From NCBI GenBank assembly GCA_020536535.1, contig JAHLWZ010000932.1, positions 1 through 43,288 of the forward strand: DNA of 43,288 nucleotides, in the 5' to 3' direction. Shown piece after piece: positions 26,171-37,201 of the stretch. The translations under genes and the position numbers were made by a program. Source of the DNA: Pelomyxa schiedti. Lineage: Eukaryota > Protista > Evosea. Below the pieces are notes generated by a model. It searched no databases. It saw nothing but the letters and a program-made list of their open reading frames with translations, and was not told where the DNA came from. The first letter of the stretch is position 1. Every line of letters starts with the position of its first letter.

Positions 26171-26326
26171 TTGCATGGTTGAACCCCCTCCACACCCATT
26201 TCTGTCTGTCATTTTTGTCTATCACAATCACCACTTTTTTTTTTTTTTGGAAATGCTCTTTTTATTCTTTCTATTGTTCTTCCGATAGAACACAACAATT
26301 CGTCAACAAAAAGAATTTGACCCGAG

Positions 26327-27283
26327 ATGACGCGTCTAGTGTGCGTGGGTTTGTTGGTGCTGGGTGTTGTATGGTGCGTTAGTGCCGTAGACGACGCGGC
26401 GGGCAATGTAATTGTGCTGGATAGATCCAACATCTCAACCATCACCACTGGTACCTGGATGCTGAAGCTGTACGTTGTTTCTACCCACCGCTACTCCCGC
26501 AACGTCATTCAACTAAGGGCCTCCTTAGCTACGCGCCCTGGTGTGGGCATTGTGTTAGACTAGCACCGATTTGGAAGGAGTTCGCAAAGAAGGCATCAGC
26601 AGAGGGCCTTCCTCTGTCGGTCGGAGAGGTGTGCTATCGTTGTTTCGTTTGTTGGTAGTTTTACATTTTGACTCTTTGTTACTTTTTCTTTGTTTTTCTT
26701 TGTTGAATACAGGTTGATGTTTCCAAAGACAACAGCCTGCAGGCAATGTTTTTAATATCTTCTTTCCCCTCCATTGTCCACATCACCGACGGGAAGACCC
26801 GCGATTACAAAGGAGAGCGCACCGTCGAGGCATTTATGAAATTCGCCCGGGAGGGTTATCTCCAGGTAATAAGTCCCATTGAGTACTTTCTTGTCTCTAA
26901 CCAGTATGCTCTAGGAACCGGTCAAGTGGTTCGGACCTGCCTCCATCCCAATGCGTGCACTTGCAATCTGGGTCACTATTGTCATCCAAGGGCGTGATTT
27001 CATACTCAATCTCGTGGAAATCGTGCAAAGTGCAGTACCCCCCAAGTACGTACACGTGATTGAGCAATACAAACTACCCATTGTGGCGGGTGTTGCACTG
27101 GCAGTTCCTGTTCTCCTCATTATTCTCGGCTGTCTCCTTGTTTGTTGCTACCGCTGTGTTTGCTGCTGGCGCAAGCCGAAAAAAGAAAAAAGACAAGAAA
27201 AGAAAGTCAATGAAGCCAAGGAAGCAGACAGTACAACGAGACCCACAAGCGGCAAGAAACACACAAAACCAAAGAAAGACTAA
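26327..27283 (+). CDS. Thioredoxin-related transmembrane protein (TMX-like PDI family)
   Basis: Signal peptide MTRLVCVGLLVLGVVWCVSA, active site YAPWCGHC, SFPSI and YKGERT motifs, a C-terminal TM helix with a Cys cluster, and a KxKxx ER-retrieval end (KPKKD). Confidence 0.88.
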
Positions 27284-27315
27284 ATAAAAAGAATCATTTT
27301 TCTTTACTTATCTCC

Positions 27316-28984
27316 TTATGATTTGTTTGGGGGTTGGGTTGGCATTTGCGGGGGTGGTTGCATGTTGGGGGGTTGTGGGTATGCACCATAGGGCATCCCA
27401 TAGGCTGCATAAGGATTGAATTGCATCATGGGCATTCCAGGCATCATGTAACCATACATGGCATATGGGTTGGGAAGCATTCCAGTGCCTGGTGGAAGTC
27501 CAGTGGCACCGGGGTTTGTGGATGGTGAAGGTGTTGTAGGTGGGGGTGGTGGCTGTGAAGGAGGAGTTGTCATTGTGGTTGTGGGTGTAGTTGTGGTAGC
27601 AGTTGCCTCCTTTCCCCAGCTGCACTTAATTGGCTTGGACCCGATGTAGCGCCCATGCATGCCAACAATAGCTCTGGCTGCCATATCGTGGGACTGCACA
27701 GGGTTTAGGAAAGAAGGGCGGCATGGAAAGTTACCTGGAATCGGACAAAAGCAAAACCTTTATCCTTTTGCATTCGAATTTCTTCAATAGAACCAAATTC
27801 ACTGGGAACAAGTTAAGGGGAAATACAGCTCCAACACATGTTGAAATGGGCACTTTCACAATTTACAATTAGACATTTTTACTTAAACACCTGAAATGAG
27901 TGCGCAAAACCTGCTCACTAGACTCAGCGGAAACATTACCCACATAAACAGTAGTGTTAGACGGGTGGGCTTGATTTAGAACGGATTCCAGATCCGATGC
28001 TCCCTCCAAGTTGGCCTAAGAAAGGTCATTGCAGCAATATAGAGGGAAAGCTTGCCCGTTGATTTGCCCAATTGACTCTGACTTGCCTGGAGCCAAGGCG
28101 CTCACCATTCATAGTAGCAAGTGCTTGTTCGGCATCTTCCCGCTTTCGGTAAGCCACAAAGCCATATCCGCGGGATCGACCCGAGGACTGAGGATAATTA
28201 TGTGTTGAAGTGTAAGAAATAAAAATAGATACCTGGTCCCACATGACACGGGCGTCACTTAGCGAACCAAACTTGATGAATGAATTGTACAACCCCTTAA
28301 GAACGTTTAGCAAGAAAAATGAACTTCGGTTCCTAACTTGATCGTCAATATCAGATGCTAAGCCACCCACAAAAAGTTTGAAGTGGGTTGATGTGTCTTC
28401 GCGTTGACCTCCAGCGTAAGTCCTGAACATGTACATTAGTTGCACTCAAAACTATTTATAATGGAAATTCAGGGATGCTTACCAGTTAACTTTGATTTCC
28501 TCCCCGTATATGACCCTACAGTTTAGCACCTGCATAGCAAGAGCAGCGCTCTGAGGGTCGAAATAATCAACGAAGCCATATCCAGCACTTTGTCCTGTTA
28601 TCTTATCTTTAATCACTTTGCAGGTTTCAATTGGACCAATGGTTGCAAATATCTGGTCGACAGAATTTGTAAAGGGCGAAAAAAGGTTAGTAGGTGAATA
28701 GTGCTTATTGGGTATTGTGAGGAAGGGTTTTTTTGGGGATGAGCGAAAAGGGGCAATATTTTGTTGTCTAGAAAAACCTCATACAGTAAGTCTTCTGTTA
28801 TCTTGGGACTCAAGCCTCCTAGAAAGCGTAAGTATTCCAGAAAAGATATTGTAATGAAATTACCGACGTAAAGACTTCTGCTACAAATAGGCATGACACC
28901 GCCCTGAGACAACATAGCAGCGTGCATGGCCTGCGGTGGTGGTTGTTGCCCCGGTATCATCTGCATTGCCGCCATTTGTTGCAT
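27316..28984 (-). CDS. TIA-1/Pub1/UBP1-like RNA-binding protein (3 RRMs plus a prion-like P/M/Y/Q tail)
   Basis: SLYVG...AGYGFVDY...EIKVNW; EDTSTHFKLFVGGL...DARVMWDQSSGRSRGYGFVAY...VRVNWANQ; NTTVYVGN...DKGFAFV...PIKCSWGKE. Confidence 0.92.
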
Positions 28985-29256
28985 CTTGCTTATGCTATTG
29001 TGTCGCTATCGGTGTCGCTTTTACGGTACTGTGTTGTGAGTAACAGAGAAAAAGAAAACAATGCAGATCGCAATTGCTTCTTTTGTGGTCCCAGTCTCCC
29101 ACCCAATATCTACATCGCAAGTTTTCTGTATTCTGCGGGTGTGAGTGGTTACGAGCGGCACAAGATTCGAAGTCACGGGGCCCCAGAACCCCGTCAGACT
29201 TACAGATCGTGGCATCTGGAATTTCCGTTCAACTTTTCGACGCCGAGTTGAAGAAA

Positions 29257-32200
29257 ATGAAAAGTCTTGACGAAATGAAACAAATGGCGCACCGCAACGC
29301 CGGCGTTGTGCTGATCTCGCCACGAGATCTTACGTTGTTGTGCTTTATAGTCGGTGTGTGTTCCGTTGTGGTAGGCTCTGTATTGATCATTGTCGCTGTT
29401 GGCGGTGCTGCCGGACTTTTCGCCGATGCACCGGCAGTAAACGTGCATGTGCATTTAGAGGACCCTCAGAAGTTTGACATGGTGCGTGCTAAGGAGAGGT
29501 TGTCTTCATCTATCTTGACGGGGATCGCGAAGGATCCGTTTTGCACTCTGTACTCGAAGAAGCGCAGCAATTTGGGTGCGGGAAGGGTGTGGGATGCTCG
29601 CGGGGATGTGAACAGAGAATCACCGAGGACAGCCATCCACGCTCGGGGCGAAAGTGTCAGAGTATCTGACAGGACATACCATTGTACGACTGAAGAACAG
29701 ATTGCCGCGCTTTGTGCAATAAAGGCACTCAATAACCCGGCAAACTGGCCTGAAGTCGACCCTTGTCAGTTTACAGCAAGCCCTTGTGAAGAGTTCTTGG
29801 ATGGGGTGGCATGTTGTACTGATCCCACAACAAATAACTCCTATGTGACAGCCCTGTGTGATACCCATCCTACATATATTCCAGCTGTACTCACTCCCAT
29901 AGGGACTTGCATGCAACCCAGTTACGTGGGTCCATACCAGAGGAGATAGCCAGTTTGTGTGCTCTCGAGTACCTGTTGTCTTCTTCTCTTTTAGATCAAT
30001 ACGTAACATCCATGTAGAGATTTCAGTGATAACACCCTGGAAGACGAAATGCCGATGGAAGTCTTTGAGCTTATTCATCTAACTTACATGTTTCCCCATT
30101 CCTCTTTTATTGTCTTCCACATCCAACACAAAGTAGCGATATTCACGAAAACCGGTTGGAGGGTGATATACCGCCCTTTGCCCGATTATCTCATCTTACA
30201 TTTTTGTAACTCGAAATTGTTTGCTATTATTACTGACATGTTAAGGGATGTGCATGACAATAAGTTAGCTGGACAAATACCAGACGACTTTTACACACTC
30301 CCGTCTCTAAATTACTTGTAAGTGGCCCATCTATTTTTCTCTTACACACATAAGGGATCTCTCTTTCAATGACTTGAATTCGACTATTCCCGCTTCTTTT
30401 GCTTCGCTGGATTCTCTTCAGTACTTGTACTTCTGCTCTTCAAACATAGTGGCGGTTCAAACTCTTCCAGGGACATGTCATCAGCTACTTTGACTGGAAC
30501 CATTCCGTTCTCCTTGGGAAACGATTTAGACTTAATATATTTGTATGTACGGAATTCTGATATGCCAGCTAATATGGGAGAAAGATTTCTCACCTCTAAT
30601 CGACTTACTGGCCAAATTCCTGAATCTTTTGGCAACATGCCATCACTTCAATACTTGTAAATTTGATGCCCACTCCATTTTACTCTATTCAGTCTCTCAC
30701 CCAGACGTCTGAACAACAACTTTTTGACTGGCGCTATTCCTCAGTCTATTCCGGCAATGTCTTCGCTTCTTTCCTTGTATTCTTTCTTCAAATTGTTCGC
30801 TTCATCTTATTACATTAAAAGGGACCTCTCTAGAAATTGGATGGATGGCACAATACCCGAGTTTAGGAACACCGAAAAAATTTTCTACATGTCAACTCCT
30901 TTTTCGTAAGTACAGGCAAACTTAATTACTACAGAGATCTTTCGAGCAATGGGTTTAGTGGAGAAATTCCGAGATCAATTGCCAACTTATCTTCCCTTTA
31001 CTTATTGTAAATTCGTTCTTAGCCATTTCTTTTACTGAGGCTTTTAGGGATTTGTCTGATAACATTCTGGACGGTCAAGTATCTTCTCCGCTATCAGACT
31101 ATCTCCAGATTCTTCCACAATGGTTCTTTTTTTTAACTCTTCACCTCTAAATCCGTACAGTGACGTCTCTGGCAACTGCCTTTTATGTGAAACACCCTTC
31201 CCTTGTGCTTGCAATGAGTCTTGGTCTGAGGATGGATGTGACTGTATGAATATTGGTGGATGTTTTATTTCTTCAATTTGCTACAATGCCGGGGAGGAGA
31301 ATTCAGAGTCTCCCTGCCACCAGGCAGTAATATTAGTATCTAGTTTTTCCTCATTTTTTGCAGGTCTGCAATCCCAATGTTAGTACTCTTCTCTGGACCC
31401 CACTTAATTGTCCCGACATAAGTGAAGGTTCTGCCACATCCCTTTGTACCTTTGCCAAAGTAACTTCACGTAGGCAGTACATCTAATGGTTTGTCAGCCA
31501 AGAACTGAGGGGAAAACCATTAATCCGATAAAAAGATGACGATGTTGTCTGGATTATTCTTATTCTATGTGTTCTCTCTGTGTTAATATTGGTGTCATTG
31601 GCTTCTTTTGCTTTGCTTTACCTCCGGTATGCCTTACCTTGACGTTATTGCCTTCACCCTTAGTAGAAAGCAAAAAAACGAAAATCAAATTGCTGAAGAT
31701 ACTCGCTTATTGCAGTCCTGCTCTGTAAATGGCCCAACATTTCCAGTACACCGACGAAACTCACAGCCTGACATATTTTCTAGGTTTTACTTCATTTTTT
31801 TTAGTTCTTAGCATTCTAAACACTGGAAGAACCCCTGGTGATAGGAGAACTTCTATGGCACTTTTTCCCTTGGAGGTTTTTTTTTTTTTTTTTTTGCCTC
31901 CTCTCTTTTACCCTTTTTAGGTGATTCCCAAGGGAAACCTAACGTTTGGCTGTGGTGGGATTCAGGTTTCCCAGTTATTCTTTAGGGACCTAACCTCTTT
32001 GAAGGCACCAGTAGGAAAAGAGATCACCCAATCAATAACTTTATGCAACAACGGGAAGTGGGGAGTGCGATTTGCTGTTCTTGCCCCACCCCATGATCAA
32101 AACAAATTTCAGACATTCTTTTCCAGACAGTCCGGCTTCCTTCGACCGGTTTCTTTCCCCCTCCTTCCACCCAAGTCACTCTACATAGAAAACCCATGTT

Positions 32201-33883
32201 GTTATCGATGTAAAAATGACAATATTTTGTACTACCGTTGTGGATGTTCAGATTCAGATTATTGCGCAACGAGGTTTCACCTTCCTATCTCTATCTCTTC
32301 TCTGGTCCCTCCTCACTTCCCCCTTTTTTTCTTTTCGTCAATTTTGCCATTTATACTACAGATCAGTCGATCCGACAGGTTTTCACTCCACTTTGACTGT
32401 AAATCTCATTTTCATGGTTTTCAGGAAAGATTGTTCCTTCCGGTTCTTGTGGAAACTAAACTTTCTACTGTTCTTGATTATGATGAATTGACGGTAAGTG
32501 ACAAATTATACCCTGCTATTTTTAATTTCCGTAAGATTGGCACTGAGATTGGCGAAGGCACCTATGGAGTTGTTTTTGTCGGTTTTTGGTACCTATGATT
32601 TTGCTCCTTTGAGTGATTCAGTTTGTTCCAGGAGAGGACAGGAAGTGGCCATCAAAATACTGAAGGTTGGTGAATTCATTTCGTTCATCCTTTTACAAGA
32701 GCCAGGAACAAGTTGGAACAAAGACGGCGGATATGTTTTCCAAAGAAGTTAGCGTTCTCGAGACAATTCGTTGTCCCCAGGTACGTAATTAATTCTGCCA
32801 TTCTCTAAAACTTCTCTTCCTTAAGATTGTAAATTTTCTCGGCGCAGTGCACACACCTGGAAAACTTTGCATGGTTTTCGTATGTCCAGACCTCCTGAAT
32901 TACTTTTGACCACACTACAAGGAATATCTGAAGCTCGGGAGTGTAAGAGAATGTATGAAATCGCATCCATTCTCACTAGGACTTAAATTGAAATGCCTTT
33001 TGGATTGCAGCAGAGGTCGGGCAGTTAAACTACTCGTGCACTCACCCAAAAAAACAGGAATGAATTTTCTTCATCAGTCCAACTTAACCCATCGAGATAT
33101 TAAGCCTGACAACTTACTTGTATTCCCCCACACCCAAATTTGTGTTTCTAATGCTACCAGATGTTCTCGTTGGATATTACGGCCTCCGTCAACTGTAAAA
33201 TTACAGGCAGATGCGCTGCCAAAAATTTTCAACTTACTCAAAGTAGATTTTGGTTCCACAAGAGCAATCAACTTGGACAGATCTACCCAACAATACACCA
33301 CGGTTGGTTTTCAGCTTTCTGCAAAATTCTCACTCCGGTATACAGAAAATTGGAACTCCTGTGTACATGGCTCCGGTGCGTTAGTGCCTGCCTAAACATT
33401 CATGTAATAACCAAAAAACAGGAATTGCTCCAACAAGGCAAGTACAAACAAAGTGCTGATGTCTACAGGTTCCTCTCTACTCCATGTTCTTCAATTGTAT
33501 GACCGGTATCAGTTATGGCATCCTTTCCTGGGAAATTATCACAGAGTCTAGCGCGTTCTCGGACCTCCCGACTGTTTGGCGTAATAAAGACTCTCTACAA
33601 ATTCATTTGTAACAATACAACAGGAATAACAAAGCATGTTGTTGCTGGGAATGTAAGTTTCCTTTACTGTATAGTGGCAAAACTTTAAAACCACACCGCA
33701 GAGACCCCCGACGGACAACCTTCAACCAGACATAGCGGAATTCCTCTCCCACTGTTGGGCACAGAACCCATCCGATCGTCCTAGTAACTGTCCATCAACA
33801 ACCAATGCACACTAACAGCTGTAGGATTTCACCACCTCATAACTACCCTGGAAGCTTTGTGTCCCAAATACTCCAATGTGTAA
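29257..33883 (+). CDS. LRR transmembrane receptor kinase (TKL), Entamoeba TMK-like intracellular region; start uncertain
   Basis: Order of elements: N-terminal hydrophobic segment, 11 LRRs, Cys-rich stalk, TM (VVWIILILCVLSVLILVSLASFALLYLR), juxtamembrane beta domain ending ETKLSTVLDYDEL, then a kinase with IGEGTYGVV, VAIK, HRDIKPDN, KITDFG, GTPVYMAPE and SADVYSYG. Confidence 0.9.
29903..31122 (+). repeat. Array of 11 LRR-encoding mini-exons (69-75 nt, mostly 72 nt) separated by phase-2 introns
   Basis: Examples: 29903-29974 DLHATQLRGSIPEEIASLCALEYL; from 30246 DVHDNKLAGQIPDDFYTLPSLNYL; from 30585 FLTSNRLTGQIPESFGNMPSLQYL; from 30935 DLSSNGFSGEIPRSIANLSSLYLL. Confidence 0.88.
33207..33246 (+). 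other. GC-AG intron splitting the kinase DFG motif
   Basis: Splicing aaa att aca g|GCAGAT...AAGTAG|at ttt ggt gives KITDFG. The nearest GT donor would give YFG instead. Confidence 0.65.
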
Positions 33884-34186
33884 TTATTTAAATGCTATGT
33901 TGTTACAATAGACCAACAACTTCTTTCCAAGAGGTTGTTTTTTTCACAGTCTTGTGTCCGTAAGACTTAGATTAGAACGACAACGCTTCAATTCCCAAAC
34001 TGATCTCCTACTGGCCGAAAAACCCACAGAATCAAAATGACGTTCTGCGAGGCTATTTCCACCAATAGGAGGTCAGTTATCAAAAAGCGCGCTAAGCCAA
34101 GCTTTCGAAAAAACGATTGCCAAAAGATCTTCACTTTTTTAAAAAACCAACTCTGCAAACGATACAACACGCAAACCACAAAAGAG

Positions 34187-35856
34187 ATGTCGTCGAAAAC
34201 GAAGGAGCCAGCAACATCATCAACTACGTCGACAACGTCGACAACCTCGACGACTAAACCCACAAAACCAACGGACAAGGCTCCGGCCGACAAGCCCAAA
34301 GCGGCGGAGAAGGGTGACAAAGGTGATAAGGGTGACAAGGGCGCCGCGGCGGAGGACAAGACCAAGGCGGATAAGAAGGGTGCTTCTGAAAAGCCAGCGG
34401 ACTCACCAAAGGATGCTGAGGGGGAGGGTGGGGAGAAGCCGGTGAAGAAGAGGCGCAAACCCGCCCGCCATGGCCGACCACGCCCCAAGAAGAAGGTCGA
34501 TCCGAATGCACCCCCAGCTGAGAAGAAGCCTCGCCCACCAAAGAAGCCAAAGGAGAAGGGAGAGAAGAAAAAACCACCGCGTGAACTCAAGCAACTCCTC
34601 CTGTGTGTTCTCATTCTTACGGCCTTTCTGTTGTGGGGTTCACTTCTAACTGTATCTCTAGGGGCCGACCAAAGGGATGGGAGCAAGAATTGCCAACAAT
34701 AAAGAAAGGATCACTTGCTCAAGCCCCCGAGCGCAACAAGATACAAACCCGAAGATTCTCCTTCAGCACTGTTGACGTTGCATCAAAACCGATCGTCGTG
34801 GAGAGGGGTGAGGGTGAGAAGCTGAAAAATCTGGAATATGGTTTGTTTTTCTTCTGTATGCTGTCTTTGACCATCTTGCAGTTGCTACCGAGATCAACAG
34901 AAGATCTGGGAGAGATCAGGTACTATCCATTCTTCACAGAGTTCTCTTTGGGCACCTCCCAGTAAGGTAAGAGACCCTCGTGCTAAAGTAAACAATTAAT
35001 ACCTTCGCAGTGGCACCCTTTGCAAGGAAACTCTTCTCAAGTTCAGCGGCATACCCGTCCCTGAGGAGAGTGACACCAAGGAGGGAAGAAGGAAGATTGT
35101 CAAGAAGTACAGGAGCCGTATCGAGGATATGCGAATGTCAATTTTGCGTGATATGTGCCGCGTTTGCAACATCGATCAACAAGGCGAGCGCGAAGAAGTT
35201 GTGAAGAGGCTGGTCCAATTCCTTATCAAGCCCAAGGAGAGTGGCTTGGTTCCTGCTGCTCGGGAGGAGAAGAAGTCAAAAGCCAAGACCCCCAAGAAGT
35301 CCAAGGCCACAAAGCACAGCGTCACCGCAAAGGAAGCCGGCGTAAAGAGACCTACCACAGGCTTTTTCTTCTACACAGCTGAGGCCAGGTAGTATTTTCT
35401 TTCATTTTTCCACACTAACTCCTATGTAGGCCCGGTGTGGCTAAAAAGCACCCCAAGGAAACCGCTACTCAAATAGCCAAAAGGCTTGGCAAAAAATGGA
35501 GAAAGATGTCCGACCAGGAGAAGAAGCCGTACAAAAAGAAGGCTGAAGAAGACAAGGCGCGCTACGAGAAAGAAATGGCGGCGTACGAGGCCAAACACGA
35601 AAAACGCCACAAGCACAAGAAACACCACAAGTCTTCATCCAGCAGCTCATCAGAGAGTGGCTCCGAGTCAGACTCCAAGAAAGACAAGTCCAAGAAAGAC
35701 AAGAGCAAGAAGGGCAAGGAATCGGACGAAGAGAAGGAGACTGACGACAAGGCCAAGGAAGACGCCAAGAGGGAAGACGCCAAGAAGGACGAGAAGCCCA
35801 CTGAACCCGACAGCAAGAAGAGAAGGGGCGAGAAGGAGGTGGCTTCCAAGGACTGA
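34187..35856 (+). CDS. DEK-like chromatin protein (pseudo-SAP/SAP region) fused to a C-terminal HMG box
   Basis: DEK-like GEGEKLKNLEYV...LSILHRVLFG...LLKFSG, SAP-like LRDMCRVCNIDQQGEREEVVKRLVQFLIKP, and HMG box KRPTTGFFFY...IAKRLGKKWRKMSDQEKKPYKKKAEEDKARYEKEMAAY, with charged tails. Confidence 0.8.
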
Positions 35857-36184
35857 GGACTAGTGTTGTGCTGCTTGCCGTTCGCTTTTCCCCCCAATTG
35901 TGTTCTTATTCACATGTGTGTTTCCACACAACCCCTTGTGAGATATAATAAACATAAAAACAATCTCAGACACGAATCTTTCTTCAAAACTCGGTACACG
36001 GTGCTTGGTATTTTTTCTTTTGAAGCCCGAGGGGGTCTTTGAACGCGTTTCGTGAAACCGGAAAACAAAATAAAAAGGAGAAAGCTGTAAAAAAAACAAA
36101 AATAGCAACCAATAGCACCGCCCGATAACCAGAAACAAAAACTTATTTACTTTTGAAAAATATAAACAACACGCAGCCGGGGAA

Positions 36185-37045
36185 ATGCAACAGTGTAAAT
36201 GTGTCGTGGTGCGTTGTCGCTCGTTCATCCATTTGGCCTCTTATTAAACGCACACAGGTTGGCGACGGTGCTGTTGGTAAAACGTGTCTGTTGATAGCAT
36301 GGAGCTCCGGCGCCTTCCCCACGTATGTAGTTATGGGTTGGGTCTTTTACATCACCAACACATGATAGGGGAGAGTACGTACCCACGGTGTTCAACAACT
36401 ACGCCAAGAACACCTCAGTCGATGGCTCCCCTGTCAATGTAACACTGTGGGATACTGCCGGTCAAGAAGATGTACGCCTCCCCCTTTCCCTTTCCTTTTG
36501 TCTTTATTGACTGGTTTGTTTGTTTGCTTGCTTGCTTGTTGTGTGCAGTATGACCGCATCAGGCCATGTTCATACATGGGAACTGATATTTTCTTAATCT
36601 GCTATTCCGTTGTCAACCCCGTCACATTTTCAAACGTTAAAACCAAATGGTACCTTTGGCCTTGCAACCTTTATCAACCAATTTACTTGCTTTGCAGGGT
36701 GCCGGAAGTTACACACCACTGCCCCAACGCTCCATTCCTACTTGTTGGTACCAAGATCGATCTTCGCAATGACGACCCTACCCTCAAGCGTCTTATGGCG
36801 AAGAGCAAAAGAGGCCCTCTCACAGCTGAGGAGGGCAATGCAGAAGCTCACAGCTTGGGAGCGGTCAAGTACATGGAATGCTCTGCACTTACAGCCGAGG
36901 TTCAAACTTAACTTCCGTTCATTTTTTTTTCTCATTTCCCGTACAGAATGTCAACAACGTTTTTGAAGAAGGTGTCCGGGCCATCAATGCCCACAAGAGG
37001 AAAGGAACCAAGAAGCCATCCAAAGGTGGTTGTTCTGTCATGTAA
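36185..37045 (+). CDS. rac: Rho-family small GTPase (Rac-like)
   Basis: [53 protein letters not shown], and CAAX CSVM. Confidence 0.95.
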
Positions 37046-37201
37046 ACACTCAACTCCCTGGTTCCTTCCTCCACCTCCCACGTCATAACAACTTCACCCT
37101 GTGCAATAATACCAAAAACAAAGAAAAAAACATGTTGGTTTTTTTTGTTTTGTCTTGTTATGAGAAGGTACTACCACACAGCTCACAAACACACATTTCA
37201 A

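Noticed and set aside
34584-34661. Apparent transmembrane helix at the end of ORF 34037..34702
   Set aside because: It is read-through into a T-rich intron; splicing joins the exon to the DEK domain.
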